From positions 448,001-512,000 of the forward strand of contig CBDCTH010000012.1 of NCBI GenBank assembly GCA_965222155.1: a DNA stretch of 64,000 nucleotides, given 5' to 3'. Below the pieces are notes generated by a model that saw nothing but the letters and a program-made list of their open reading frames with translations, was not told the DNA's origin and did not search any database. Source of the DNA: Gammaproteobacteria bacterium (GTDB taxonomy: Bacteria > Pseudomonadota > Gammaproteobacteria > Eutrophobiales > Eutrophobiaceae). Both the position numbers and the translations under genes were made by a program. Of this stretch, positions 29,005 to 39,459 are shown one piece after another; the first letter of the stretch is position 1; each line of letters begins with the position of its first letter.

Positions 29005-29781
29005 ATGCACCCTATGATGAATATAGGAATCCGCGCAGTCCGTTCCGCAGGTGATTTTATCACCCGCTGCATGGACCAATTGCAGGGTATCGCAGTCACG
29101 GAAAAAAGTCGTAATGATTTTGTCAGTGAAGTCGATAGACGCGCGGAACTGATGATTATCGAAGGCCTGCACAATGCTTATCCCGACCACGCCATTCTGG
29201 CCGAGGAAAGCGGTGCGCAAGGGGATGGCGATTACCAGTGGATCATCGACCCGCTCGACGGCACGACGAATTTCCTGCATGGATTTCCCCAGTTTGCAAT
29301 CTCGGTTGCATTAAAGCACAAAGGCATCCTTGAGCAGGGCATTATTTATGACCCGCTACGCCAGGAATTGTTCACTGCGAGCAGGGGCGACGGCGCCCAC
29401 CTGGATGGACGGCGCATCCGTGTTACCCGGCTGAATACGCTTGAAGGCGCACTGATCGGCACCGGGTTTCCGTTTCGATCGCTGGACAAGCTCGATACCT
29501 ATATTGAAGTATTCCGAAAATTGACTGCCGTCACTGCCGGCATAAGACGGCCGGGAGCGGCCTCCCTGGACCTTGCCTACGTCGCCAGTGGTCGTCTGGA
29601 CGGGTTTTGGGAATACGGATTGGAACAATGGGACATTGCCGCCGGGGCCTTGCTGATCCAGGAGGCCGGAGGATATGTCAGTGACATAGACGACGCCAGT
29701 CCCTGGAAGGATACCGGTAACATCGTTGCGGGAAATCCCATCGTCCATGACCTGTTGCTGGATGTAATCCGCGCTGCATAA
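29005..29781 (+). CDS. suhB: inositol monophosphatase / antitermination factor
   Basis: MHPMMNI, WIIDPLDGTTNF, WDIAAGALL. Confidence 0.95.
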   Translation: MHPMMNIGIRAVRSAGDFITRCMDQLQGIAVTEKSRNDFVSEVDRRAELMIIEGLHNAYPDHAILAEESGAQGDGDYQWIIDPLDGTTNFLHGFPQFAISVALKHKGILEQGIIYDPLRQELFTASRGDGAHLDGRRIRVTRLNTLEGALIGTGFPFRSLDKLDTYIEVFRKLTAVTAGIRRPGAASLDLAYVASGRLDGFWEYGLEQWDIAAGALLIQEAGGYVSDIDDASPWKDTGNIVAGNPIVHDLLLDVIRAA

Positions 29782-29833
29782 TATTTGGGGTCAGAGTAAA
29801 AACTCATTGAGTTTTTACTCTGACCCCAAATAT
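29781..29833. repeat. ggggtcagagtaaaa palindrome
   Basis: Perfect 25-bp inverted repeat directly after the suhB stop. Confidence 0.88.
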
Positions 29834-29887
29834 ACCTATACAGCTATTCTTTGCAGGTGATAAACTGTTCGATGATGTGGTCACCGC

Positions 29888-30112
29888 TCACGATGTTTTG
29901 CCTGCTGCCGACTCTTTGTGTTCATCACAGCAATAATAGCGCGTTGCGTGTTTTATCGCGGAGGTGTGCGGGATGTATAACCGGCAATAATCGCATTGGA
30001 CCATTTTCGCGATGCGGCTTTCGTCTCCCTCTGGTTTTTCCCCAGGAAAAAACCGCTTGAGCAAGGCGAACAGCAAAACCAGTAATGCAATTATAATTAA
30101 CAGGCGTAACAC
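29888..30112 (-). CDS. PP0621-family small membrane protein
   Basis: N-terminal TM helix, MVQCDYCRLYIP...YYCCDEH. Confidence 0.8.
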   Translation of the reverse strand: MLRLLIIIALLVLLFALLKRFFPGEKPEGDESRIAKMVQCDYCRLYIPHTSAIKHATRYYCCDEHKESAAGKTS

Positions 30113-30255
30113 TTTTTCTAAAGACGTATAATCCGCGTTCCCGACGATTTTCTTGTAAAACACCGGTGCATAGAGTGAAGTAATATAATATCCGGGTTGC
30201 TATCCGGTATCCATGCTGCATTGTCTGCAAAGCAATGATAATGAGAGTTTAGGAG

Positions 30256-31425
30256 ATGAATCTACACGAATACCAGGCAAAAATTCTTTTTTCAGAATTC
30301 GATATACCCGTACCCAAAGGAAAATCTGCCGGTTCCGTAGCGGACGCCCTCGAAATTGCCGACGAACTGGGCGGTAACCGCTGGGTCGTAAAAGCCCAGG
30401 TTCATGCCGGGGGACGCGGTAAAGCCGGAGGTGTAAGACTGGTAACCGGCAAACAGGAACTGGAAGATTATGTCAACAGTCTGCTGGGTACAATCCTGGT
30501 TACAAAACAATCCGGGGCTGAAGGTAAACCGGTAAATTGCGTGCTGGTTTCAGCTCTGTCGGATATCGAGACCGAGTTGTACCTGGGTATGCTGGTTGAC
30601 AGGAGCCGGCGCCGGATTGCGGTTATGGCCTCCGCCGCCGGAGGAATGGATATAGAAGAAGTCGCCGCGACGGAACCCGAAAAGATATTCACCTTCGCCA
30701 TCGACCCGGTGATGGGACTACAGCATTATCAATGCCGGGCTTTGGGTATTTCGCTGGGACTGGATGGATCGCAAAGCAAACAACTGACAAAAATTTTGTC
30801 GGGCCTGTACCGGCTGTTTGTCGACAAGGATCTCAGCCTGATTGAAATAAATCCCCTCGTCATTACCAAAGAAGGAGATCTGGAAGCCCTGGATGCCAAG
30901 GTTGCCGTGGATGATAATGCCATATATCGTCAGGCGGAACTGGAAAGCTGGCGGGATCCGAGCCAGGAAGATGAGAAAGAGAATAAGGCCAAGGTATTCG
31001 ACCTGAATTACGTCGCGCTGGATGGCGATATCGCCTGCATGGTGAACGGGGCCGGCCTGGCCATGGCAACCATGGATATCATCAAGTTGCATGGCGGCGA
31101 TCCCGCCAATTTTCTGGACGTGGGCGGCGGGGCGACGACGGAACGCGTTACCGAAGCCTTTAAGCTGATCACGTCGGACACGAAAGTAAGGGCGATCCTG
31201 GTCAATATCTTCGGCGGCATAGTTCGCTGCGACCTGATAGCAGAAGGAATTATCGCGGCAGTCAGGGAAGTAGGGCTCGATATTCCGGTTGTGGTCAGGC
31301 TGGAAGGCACCAGGGTTGAAGAAGGTAAGCTGCTGCTCAATGAAAGCGGCCTGAAGATCACGTCGGCCGATGGTCTGAGTGATGCCGCAGATAAGGTTGT
31401 GGCGATGAGTCGGGGAGAGAACTGA
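30256..31425 (+). CDS. sucC: succinyl-CoA synthetase beta subunit
   Basis: [34 protein letters not shown]. Confidence 0.98.
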   Translation: MNLHEYQAKILFSEFDIPVPKGKSAGSVADALEIADELGGNRWVVKAQVHAGGRGKAGGVRLVTGKQELEDYVNSLLGTILVTKQSGAEGKPVNCVLVSALSDIETELYLGMLVDRSRRRIAVMASAAGGMDIEEVAATEPEKIFTFAIDPVMGLQHYQCRALGISLGLDGSQSKQLTKILSGLYRLFVDKDLSLIEINPLVITKEGDLEALDAKVAVDDNAIYRQAELESWRDPSQEDEKENKAKVFDLNYVALDGDIACMVNGAGLAMATMDIIKLHGGDPANFLDVGGGATTERVTEAFKLITSDTKVRAILVNIFGGIVRCDLIAEGIIAAVREVGLDIPVVVRLEGTRVEEGKLLLNESGLKITSADGLSDAADKVVAMSRGEN

Positions 31426-32297
31426 TGGCTGTCCTGGTGAATAATGATACAAAGGTAATCGTCCAGGGATTTACCGGGCGCCAGGGCACTTTCCATGCAG
31501 AACAGGCGCTCGAATACGGGACGCAAATAGTCGGTGGCGTTACCCCGGGGCGCGGTGGCCAGACTCACCTGGACAGGCCTGTGTTCAATACCGTAAAAGA
31601 GGCGGTCATGGAAACCGCCGCGGACGCAAGTATGATAATGGTCCCGGCGGCGTTTGCGGCGCAGGCAATTACTGAGGCTGCCGAGGCCGGAATCAGGCTC
31701 ATAGTCTGTATCACCGAAGGCATCCCGATTATTGATATGGTCAGGGCCCGCGCCAGCATCGACCTGTATCCTGGAGTAAGGTTGATCGGCCCCAACTGCC
31801 CCGGCATCATTACGCCGGGGGAATGCAAGATAGGCATTATGCCGGGCCATATCCACAAGCCCGGTTGTATCGGTATCGTTTCCCGCTCGGGCACTTTAAC
31901 CTATGAGGCGGTACACCAGACCACACTGGCCGGACTTGGCCAGAGCACCTGTATCGGCGTCGGTGGCGATCCGATACACGGCATGAATTTCATTGATTGC
32001 CTGGAGCTGTTTCAACAGGACCCAGCCACAACCGGCATCATCATGGTGGGCGAGATAGGCGGCAGCGCCGAAGAGGAAGCGGCAGAGTTTATCGGACAGT
32101 ATGCCAATAAACCCGTAGTAGGTTATATTGCTGGCGTTACTGCGCCCCCGGGAAGGCGCATGGGACATGCCGGCGCGATTATTTCAGGCGGCAAAGGGAG
32201 TGCGAGCGACAAATTCTCCGCGCTTGATGCCGCCGGCGTAACAACCGTCAAGTCACCTGCCGAACTGGGTGAGGCTATTGCCGCAAAATTAAAGTGA
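31425..32297 (+). CDS. sucD: succinyl-CoA synthetase alpha subunit
   Basis: QGFTG..GTFH, GPNCPG, RMGHAGA. Confidence 0.98.
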   Translation: MAVLVNNDTKVIVQGFTGRQGTFHAEQALEYGTQIVGGVTPGRGGQTHLDRPVFNTVKEAVMETAADASMIMVPAAFAAQAITEAAEAGIRLIVCITEGIPIIDMVRARASIDLYPGVRLIGPNCPGIITPGECKIGIMPGHIHKPGCIGIVSRSGTLTYEAVHQTTLAGLGQSTCIGVGGDPIHGMNFIDCLELFQQDPATTGIIMVGEIGGSAEEEAAEFIGQYANKPVVGYIAGVTAPPGRRMGHAGAIISGGKGSASDKFSALDAAGVTTVKSPAELGEAIAAKLK

Positions 32298-34153
32298 ACA
32301 GAGTCGCTATTGCCCAGGTTGATTTGTGTGTCGGCGATATAGACGGTAATACGGAACTGGTTCTTGAATACATTTCCAGGGCCAGAGGCAGCGCCGGCGC
32401 AGATACGATAATATTCCCCGAGTTGGCCCTGACCGGTTATCCGCCGGAAGACCTGTTATTGCGTCCTCATTTCCACGTACAGGTGGAACAGGCCTTGCAA
32501 CGAGTGATGCACGGGTCGCAGGGCATAAGCGTTGTCCTCGGCTATCCGACGCAAAAAGAGACGCGCCTGTATAACTCCTGCAGTCTGGTCAGGGACGGGG
32601 AGGTCGTCACAACCTACCATAAAAGAAACTTGCCCAATTACGGTGTTTTCGACGAAAAACGTTATTTTACCGAGGGAGAAGAGCTGAATCTGGTTGAAAC
32701 CCCGGACCTCAAGGTTGCGCTGAGTGTATGTGAGGACCTGTGGACCGAAGACCACGTCAGCGAAGCAGCCGGCGCCGGGGCGGAGCTGCTGATCAATATC
32801 AACGCCTCTCCCTACCACACAGACAAATCCAGTGTCAGGGAGGTACTGCTGAAGCGCCGCGCCGTTGACCATAATATAGCGATCATCTACGTCAACCTGG
32901 TGGGCGGCCAGGATGAACTGATATTCGACGGTGGTTCCCTGGTCATAGATTGCCGTGGTGAATTCGTCTTCAAAGCCCCGCAGTTTGAACAGGGTCTGTA
33001 CCTGGTGGAGCTGGGACGGGCGGCGGCAGGCGCTATTACCGTGGAAGCCAAATCAGTGCAGTGTCCGCCCCTGGACTTTACCGAGAGCGTCTACCGGGCA
33101 CTGGTGCTTGGCGTCAAGGATTACGTGTTGAAAAACGGTTTCAAGGGTGCGGTTATCGGTTTGTCGGGCGGTATCGACTCGGCGCTGACCCTGGCTATCG
33201 CCGTGGATGCGCTCGGTCCGGAAAACGTTGAAGTGCTGCTGCTGCCGTCCCGTTACACTGCCGCCATGAGTGTCGAAGACGCACAGGAAATGGCCGATAA
33301 GCTGGGTGTCTCCTGCCATACGGTGAGTATTGAAAAACCTTTTTCGGCGTTCGCGGAAATTTTGTCACCGGTTTTCAAGGATCTCCCTATGGCCCGGACT
33401 TCTCACCAGGTGATGCGCCCTTGCTTGTCTTTTTTGCGCCAGTGGGCACGTGTTCCCTCAACCATAGCTACGGCTATGCGTTCGTTCGCAGGCGCCCACT
33501 GGCGCAAAAAATCCGGCGCATTCATTGCGCCCATCCCTGGGCGCAACCCTACGGGCGGCTGTCGCCGTGCAAATCGGCTATCCTGCCGATTTGTCATCGC
33601 ATCACTTGGTGAGAAATCCGAGCAGGACACGACCGAAGAAAATATCCAGGCCCGCTGCCGCGGATTGTTGCTTATGGCCGTATCCAACAAAACCGGCAAG
33701 CTGGTTTTGACGACGGGCAATAAAAGTGAAATGGCGGTGGGTTACGCAACCTTGTACGGGGATATGGCCGGTGGGTTTGCGCCGCTCAAAGACGTGCCGA
33801 AAATCCTGGTCTACAAACTGTCCCGCTGGCGCAACCGGACCGGGGAAATCATTCCGCAACGGATCATCGACCGCCCGCCCAGTGCGGAGTTACGTTTTGA
33901 CCAGAAAGACGAAGACTCCCTGCCTGGCTATGACGTGCTGGATCCGATACTGGAAAAATACATTGAGATGGACCACACTCCGGGTGAGATTATCGAAGCA
34001 GGCTATGACCGGGATACTGTCTACCAGGTGATCAGGCTGGTGGATAAAAATGAATACAAGCGCCGCCAGGCCGCTCCCGGCGTCAGGATCACAGAACGCG
34101 CCTTCGGTCGCGACCGGCGTTATCCTATTACTTCCCGCTACCAGGAAATATAA
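32294..34153 (+). CDS. nadE: glutamine-dependent NAD+ synthetase carrying a ~78-aa in-frame repeat insertion
   Basis: Nitrilase domain (FPEL, CED) and synthetase SGGIDS, EENIQAR, TGNKSE. 619 aa, against ~541 aa without the insert. Confidence 0.95.
   Translation: MNRVAIAQVDLCVGDIDGNTELVLEYISRARGSAGADTIIFPELALTGYPPEDLLLRPHFHVQVEQALQRVMHGSQGISVVLGYPTQKETRLYNSCSLVRDGEVVTTYHKRNLPNYGVFDEKRYFTEGEELNLVETPDLKVALSVCEDLWTEDHVSEAAGAGAELLININASPYHTDKSSVREVLLKRRAVDHNIAIIYVNLVGGQDELIFDGGSLVIDCRGEFVFKAPQFEQGLYLVELGRAAAGAITVEAKSVQCPPLDFTESVYRALVLGVKDYVLKNGFKGAVIGLSGGIDSALTLAIAVDALGPENVEVLLLPSRYTAAMSVEDAQEMADKLGVSCHTVSIEKPFSAFAEILSPVFKDLPMARTSHQVMRPCLSFLRQWARVPSTIATAMRSFAGAHWRKKSGAFIAPIPGRNPTGGCRRANRLSCRFVIASLGEKSEQDTTEENIQARCRGLLLMAVSNKTGKLVLTTGNKSEMAVGYATLYGDMAGGFAPLKDVPKILVYKLSRWRNRTGEIIPQRIIDRPPSAELRFDQKDEDSLPGYDVLDPILEKYIEMDHTPGEIIEAGYDRDTVYQVIRLVDKNEYKRRQAAPGVRITERAFGRDRRYPITSRYQEI
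33392..33623. mobile_element. element A (MITE-like) inside nadE
   Basis: 26-bp TIRs gcccggacttctcaccaggtgatgcg / cgcatcacttggtgagaaatccgagc. Homologous to 49533-49775 and 57309-57646. Confidence 0.92.
33524..33595. repeat. module B (72 bp, three hairpins) nested in element A
   Basis: attgcgcccatccctgggcgcaa...caaatcggctatcctgccgatttgtc with TC duplicated at the junction. Second copy at 57420-57491. Confidence 0.88.
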
Positions 34154-34170
34154 CCCGCTGATAAAACATA

Positions 34171-34310
34171 TATCCGCAGATTATGCAGATAAACGCAGAT
34201 AAAAATATCAGGTTATAAATGTTAAATTTAACGTTATTCCTGTACCTTACGCCACTGCACCACATTAACAAGAATCCTTAACCTGTGGAAATCTGCGTAA
34301 TCTGCGGATA
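34171..34310. repeat. 140-bp element with gcagat-subrepeat inverted ends between convergent nadE and bamD
   Basis: tatccgcagattatgcagat ... atctgcgtaatctgcggata. Confidence 0.8.
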
Positions 34311-34317
34311 ATATCCT

Positions 34318-35103
34318 TTACTCAACGACTATATCTTTTATGTCGTAATAACCGGGATGGTTCGGGTAGTTCAATTCCAGGACGCGCACGGTGTCCACGG
34401 ACAAGTTCGGCATTTCCAGGATTTTGTAGGTTTTGGCCATCAGCACCAGGGCATCGGGTACCGAAGGCGTGCGCGGATAGGACTCCACCACGGTCCTTGC
34501 CCGGTTGAGCGCCGCCAGGTACGCACCTCTTTTCAAATAATAGTTTGCCACATGTATTTCGTGCCGGGCGAGGCGGTTGCGCAGGAATACCATCCGTTTT
34601 TTCGCGTCCTCGGTGTATTGGCTCTGGGGGTATCTTTCCAGTAGTTCGGAAAAAGCCTGGAATGCAGTCAGGGCGGCGCCCTGGTCGCGCTGGCTTGAAT
34701 CTATCGGTAAAAATCGCTCCGTCAAGCCTTTGCCGCGGTTAAAGTTTACCAGCCCCTTCAGGAAATAAGCATAATCGACGTGAAGGTTCTGGGGATATAG
34801 ACGGATAAAGCGGTCACAGGCCGCCATTGACGACTCAAATTCTTCAGTCTTGTAATAGGCGTAGGCCAGGTCCAGCAGCGACTGCTGCCCGTAAACACCG
34901 AATGGAAAGCGGGTTTCGAGAAACTCGTAATACTCAACCGCCTTGCTGTAATAACCTGAATCGAGCGCACCCTTGGCTTCGGAGTAGAGCCGTTCCACCG
35001 TCCAGTTCTTGGTTTCATTGTTGTCCTTATCGCCAAACCAGGCACAACCGCCAAGCAGCAGGATGACTGCACAAATACAGGGTATAATTCTATGGCTATA
35101 CAT
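34318..35103 (-). CDS. bamD: outer membrane assembly lipoprotein BamD
   Basis: Lipobox LLGGC, TPR-like repeats, DRFIRLYP, RNRLARHE. Confidence 0.95.
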   Translation of the reverse strand: MYSHRIIPCICAVILLLGGCAWFGDKDNNETKNWTVERLYSEAKGALDSGYYSKAVEYYEFLETRFPFGVYGQQSLLDLAYAYYKTEEFESSMAACDRFIRLYPQNLHVDYAYFLKGLVNFNRGKGLTERFLPIDSSQRDQGAALTAFQAFSELLERYPQSQYTEDAKKRMVFLRNRLARHEIHVANYYLKRGAYLAALNRARTVVESYPRTPSVPDALVLMAKTYKILEMPNLSVDTVRVLELNYPNHPGYYDIKDIVVE

Positions 35104-35265
35104 CTTGAGTTCGGTTCATATCGGTCCGCCCCTGAATAATCGCACAGAATAAAAGCCTATAGCAATATTTATGCGTTCAATAGCCCTGATTATGTATTGA
35201 CAGATCGTGATATACTGCTGCTTTTTCCGGTTTTTCAGGCATGAGTGAGTTTGAGGATACACTAA

Positions 35266-35871
35266 ATGAAGAAAGATGGAGTTAACAGTGAGCGACGCCG
35301 TTTTCTCACCACGACTGCATCCGTTGTAGGCGGTGCAGGCGCCCTGGCCACCAGTGTGCCGTTTGTGTCGACGTTGACGCCAAGCGCCAAGGCCAAAGCA
35401 ATCGGCGCCCCGGTTGAAGTCGATATCGGCGATTTGGAGATCGGGGAGCGAAAAATAGTCAAATGGCGCGGTAAGCCGGTCTGGATCCTGCGCCGTGGTG
35501 ATGCGGCCATAGACGAACTCAGCGAGTTGGATGAAGTGGTCAAGGACCCGGCATCAGAAGTCGAACAACAACCGTTTTATGCGAGGAACGAGTACCGTTC
35601 ACAGCGCGCGGAATACCTGATCGTGCTGGGGATTTGCACCCACCTGGGTTGTTCCCCCGTTTACGCCAGAAAAGGTGAAGGGGAAGCCCACCAGCTCGGT
35701 GAAGACTGGCGGGGAGGGTTCTTCTGTCCCTGTCACGGCAGCCGTTTTGACCTGGCCGGCAGAGTTTTCAAAGGTGTGCCGGCGCCCACCAACCTGGTGG
35801 TGCCGCCGCACCAGTACCTGAGCGATACCCGGGTATTGATCGGTGATGATTCGGCTGTCGTCCAGTCATGA
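35266..35871 (+). CDS. petA: ubiquinol-cytochrome c reductase Rieske subunit
   Basis: Tat RRRFL, CTHLGC, CPCHGS. Confidence 0.97.
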   Translation: MKKDGVNSERRRFLTTTASVVGGAGALATSVPFVSTLTPSAKAKAIGAPVEVDIGDLEIGERKIVKWRGKPVWILRRGDAAIDELSELDEVVKDPASEVEQQPFYARNEYRSQRAEYLIVLGICTHLGCSPVYARKGEGEAHQLGEDWRGGFFCPCHGSRFDLAGRVFKGVPAPTNLVVPPHQYLSDTRVLIGDDSAVVQS

Positions 35872-37088
35872 ATAAACGGTTAATGGCATTACGCGACTGG
35901 GTGGACGCGCGCTTTCCGTTGATGCGGTTATGGAATGAGCACCTGGCCCGGTATTACGCCCCGAAAAATTTCAATTTCTGGTATTTCTTCGGCTCATTGG
36001 CCCTGTTCGTCCTGGTGATCCAGATTATTACCGGGATCTGGTTGACCATGAACTTCAAACCGTCCGCGGAACTCGCTTTTGCCTCGGTCGAGTACATCAT
36101 GCGCGACGTGGAGTGGGGCTGGTGGATACGTTACATGCACTCGACCGGCGCTTCCGCATTTTTTATCGTGATCTACCTGCACATGTACCGGGCCATGCTG
36201 TACGGTTCCTACAAAAGGCCCAGGGAGTTGCTCTGGATCATCGGCATGCTCATTTACTTCACACTGATGGGAGAGGCGTTCTTCGGCTATTTGCTGCCGT
36301 GGGGGCAGATGTCTTACTGGGGCGCCCAGGTAATCATCTCGCTGTTCGGCGCGTTGCCGATTGTCGGAGACGAACTTGCCTTGTGGATACGGGGCGATTT
36401 CGTCGTATCGGACGTGACCCTGAACCGATTTTTCTCCCTGCACGTCATCGCCTTTCCCCTGGTGCTGTGCGGCCTGGTCGGCGCGCACCTGATCGCCTTG
36501 CACGAGGTTGGCTCAAATAATCCGGATGGAATTGAAATAAAGAACTACAAGGACGCCGACGGTATCCCGCTGGACGGCATCCCCTTTCATCCTTACTACA
36601 CCGTCAAGGATATTGTCGGGGTCGTGGTTTTTTTGATCATTTTTTGTGCGGTTGTATTTTTCAAACCCGAGATGGGCGGCTATTTTCTCGAAGCAAACAA
36701 TTTTATCCCTGCCGACCCGCTCAAGACACCGGAACACATAGCGCCGGTGTGGTATTTCACCCCGTTCTATGCCATTTTGCGGGCCGTGCCGAGCCAGGTC
36801 GGTGGTGTTATCGCCATGGGAGCGGCAACGTTGCTGTTCTGTTTTCTCCCCTGGCTGGACCGGAGTCCGGTCAAGTCCATCCGCTACCGGGGCCGGAATT
36901 ACAAGATTGCCCTGGCTTTATTCACGGTCAGTTTTATTGCATTGGGCTGGCTGGGGCTGCAAGCCGCTACGACGAACTACACCTGGATGGCGCGCTTGTT
37001 TACAGTGATTTATTTCCTGTTTTTCCTGTTGATGCCGTTTTATACCGGCTCCGATAACGATAAACCCGTACCGGACAGGGTGACATGA
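35868..37088 (+). CDS. petB: cytochrome b
   Basis: RYMHSTGAS, GYLLPWGQMSYWG, PVWYF. Confidence 0.98.
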   Translation: MNKRLMALRDWVDARFPLMRLWNEHLARYYAPKNFNFWYFFGSLALFVLVIQIITGIWLTMNFKPSAELAFASVEYIMRDVEWGWWIRYMHSTGASAFFIVIYLHMYRAMLYGSYKRPRELLWIIGMLIYFTLMGEAFFGYLLPWGQMSYWGAQVIISLFGALPIVGDELALWIRGDFVVSDVTLNRFFSLHVIAFPLVLCGLVGAHLIALHEVGSNNPDGIEIKNYKDADGIPLDGIPFHPYYTVKDIVGVVVFLIIFCAVVFFKPEMGGYFLEANNFIPADPLKTPEHIAPVWYFTPFYAILRAVPSQVGGVIAMGAATLLFCFLPWLDRSPVKSIRYRGRNYKIALALFTVSFIALGWLGLQAATTNYTWMARLFTVIYFLFFLLMPFYTGSDNDKPVPDRVT

Positions 37089-37882
37089 TTATTACTCGTA
37101 TTCCAATGCCGAAATGGGGACGGAATTTAATTCCGTCCCCTGTTATTTTGCTGTTGCTGCTGGCGACAAACCCTTGCCTGGCTGCCGGCAACAACGGCCA
37201 CATGCTCCACGCTGATGTTGACCTGTCCGATAAGAAATCATTACAGCGCGGCGCCCGTACCTTTGTAAATTATTGCCTCAGTTGCCATTCCGCCTCGTTT
37301 ATGCGCTACAACCGCCTGGGTAGAGACCTGCACATAAGTGAGGACATCCTGAAGGAAAATTTCATGTTCGGGACGGACAAAATGGGCGATACCATGACAG
37401 TTGCCTTGAACAGGCAGGAAGCAGAAAAATATTTCGGGGTAGCTCCTCCGGATCTTTCAGTAAGCGCGCGCGCGCACGGCGCAGACTGGTTGTATACCTA
37501 CCTGATGACGTTTTATCGGGATACATCCCGCCCCAATGGCGTCAACAACCTGGCTTTCGAGGATACTGCAATGCCCCACGTACTCTGGCAGTTACAGGGT
37601 TGGCAGGAACCCGTGTATAAGGAAGTAACTCATCGGGACGGCAGGATAAGCAGGATGATCGACTACCTGGAAGTTGTGAACGAACCGGTCGACAAGCCGA
37701 AACCCTACCAGGATGAAAGCTATGAGGAGACGATAACCGATCTGGTGAATTTCATGGTCTACCTGGGGGAGCCTATCAAACTTAAACGCAAGACAATCGG
37801 CGCCTGGACCATAGCGTATCTTCTGGTGTTACTGGTTTTGGTATACCTGCTCAAGCGGGAATACTGGCGCGACGTACATTGA
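37085..37882 (+). CDS. petC: cytochrome c1
   Basis: CLSCH heme motif, PPDLS, C-terminal anchor ending KREYWRDVH. Confidence 0.96.
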   Translation: MIITRIPMPKWGRNLIPSPVILLLLLATNPCLAAGNNGHMLHADVDLSDKKSLQRGARTFVNYCLSCHSASFMRYNRLGRDLHISEDILKENFMFGTDKMGDTMTVALNRQEAEKYFGVAPPDLSVSARAHGADWLYTYLMTFYRDTSRPNGVNNLAFEDTAMPHVLWQLQGWQEPVYKEVTHRDGRISRMIDYLEVVNEPVDKPKPYQDESYEETITDLVNFMVYLGEPIKLKRKTIGAWTIAYLLVLLVLVYLLKREYWRDVH

Positions 37883-37889
37883 ACAACAA

Positions 37890-38528
37890 GTGAATACTTT
37901 ACCTAATGGCGGGCCGGTGATGGTCCTGTATTCCAACATAACCGGCCCGGTCAGTCACTGTGTGCGTCTGGCGCTGGCGGAAAAAGATATCGATACAGAG
38001 ATAAAATATGTCCACGAGGACAGTATTCCTGAAGAACTGGCGGAGTTAAATCCATACAACACGGTTCCCACCCTGGTAGACCGTGAACTTACTTTGTATG
38101 ACGCTCAAATCATACTGGAATACCTGGATGAACGTTTTCCTCATCCACCGTTGATGCCGGTTGACCCCATGTCTCGCGCCATAAACAGGCAATTGAGGTA
38201 CCGGATTATGCGGGATCTGTACAACCTGGTCGAAGAGATGGTCGATGAAAATGAAATTGCCGCAGCAAGCGCCAGGAGAAGCCTGCGCAACAGCCTGATG
38301 GCGATTGAACCGGTTTTCTCTCAAATGCCTTATTTTATGTCTGATAATTATACCCTGGTGGACTGCTGTATGGCGCCTTTGCTGTGGCGTCTTGAAGCCT
38401 ACAATATCAGGTTACCCAATAGCGCGAAGGCGTTGCGCAAATACGCACAATCGCTGTTTGAACGCGACGCGTTCCAGTCCAGCATGTCTGAACCGGAACG
38501 TGATATGTGTGAGCGTATGACGGCCTGA
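37890..38528 (+). CDS. sspA: stringent starvation protein A
   Basis: LNPYNTVPTLVDREL, EYLDERFPHPPLMPV. Confidence 0.93.
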   Translation: MNTLPNGGPVMVLYSNITGPVSHCVRLALAEKDIDTEIKYVHEDSIPEELAELNPYNTVPTLVDRELTLYDAQIILEYLDERFPHPPLMPVDPMSRAINRQLRYRIMRDLYNLVEEMVDENEIAAASARRSLRNSLMAIEPVFSQMPYFMSDNYTLVDCCMAPLLWRLEAYNIRLPNSAKALRKYAQSLFERDAFQSSMSEPERDMCERMTA

Positions 38529-38554
38529 TACAGCGGCGTATATTTGGGGTCAGT

Positions 38555-38760
38555 CAGGGCAAACGCATACTTTTGAATTCAGATGTTTCTGCCCGATTCC
38601 GTCATTCTGGCGCAGGCCAGAATCCAGTGAATAACTCTTCATTACCCTGAGCATGCGCTGTTGTTTGACTGGATGCTGGCATTCGCCAGCATGACGGGCG
38701 GTGTTTTCCGGTTGGTTTCCTGTCTTCTGCAACAGAATCCAAAAGTATGCGGTTGCCCTG
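38555..38760. mobile_element. 206-bp MITE (CAGGG ends, ISAs1-like) carrying a REP pair, inserted into a ggggtcag palindrome
   Basis: 26-bp TIR cagggcaaacgcatacttttgaattc / gaatccaaaagtatgcggttgccctg, 10-bp TSD tggggtcagt (38545-38554, 38761-38770). Confidence 0.9.
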
Positions 38761-38820
38761 TGGGGTCAGTGTAAAAACTCTATAAGTTTTTACACTGACC
38801 CCAAATTTGAATATGATAAT

Positions 38821-39459
38821 TTACTGCGTTTCAGTCTCCGCTTCCTCCGTTTCTTCCGCTTCCGTGTCATCGGCCGGTTCCCTGTACTCGAAAAGTTTTA
38901 CTACTTTCTGTACGCCCCCGGTGCGCCGGGCGATTTCCGTTGCTACGTCAGCTTCCTGCGTGGAAACCAGACCCATGAGGAAGGTAACGCCGTTCTCGTT
39001 TACAACTTTTATATGCAGGCTGCTCAGGTTTTTTTCCGCAATGATCTTTGCTTTTATCTTGGCGGTAACTACGGTGTCCGCACTGCGCGAGATAAGTGAA
39101 CTGGGGGCGGCAATTACGATTTCATCGTATACCCGGGTCACTTTTTCAACGTTTTTTACGAGGTCAATCACGGCCTGTCGATCCTCTTCGGTCGGCGCTT
39201 CCCCGCTGACCAGGACCGAGGTGTTATAACTGGTGAAATTGATATGCACCCGTTTGTTCAAATCTTTTTGATTCGACAACGCCAGGCGGGATTTAATCTC
39301 AATGGCTTCGTCTTCTATGAAAGTACCGGTCGTCCTCCGATCTGACGTCAGTGTTGTGACCGCGGTGGTGGCGCCGGTTACTGCTATGGGCGCGCAGCCT
39401 TGTAATACGAACAGCTGCGCAAGGAGGATGATTAACAGGTGGTAGTGTTGTATTTTCAT
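38821..39459 (-). CDS. dolP: BON-domain lipoprotein (YraP/DolP)
   Basis: Lipobox LQGC, DRRTTGT, two BON domains, position after gmhA. Confidence 0.88.
   Translation of the reverse strand: MKIQHYHLLIILLAQLFVLQGCAPIAVTGATTAVTTLTSDRRTTGTFIEDEAIEIKSRLALSNQKDLNKRVHINFTSYNTSVLVSGEAPTEEDRQAVIDLVKNVEKVTRVYDEIVIAAPSSLISRSADTVVTAKIKAKIIAEKNLSSLHIKVVNENGVTFLMGLVSTQEADVATEIARRTGGVQKVVKLFEYREPADDTEAEETEEAETETQ

Noticed and set aside
33392-33623. Intein or intron in nadE
   Set aside because: No intein terminal residues or group I/II intron motifs. The insert is a DNA repeat with TIRs that also occurs outside this gene.
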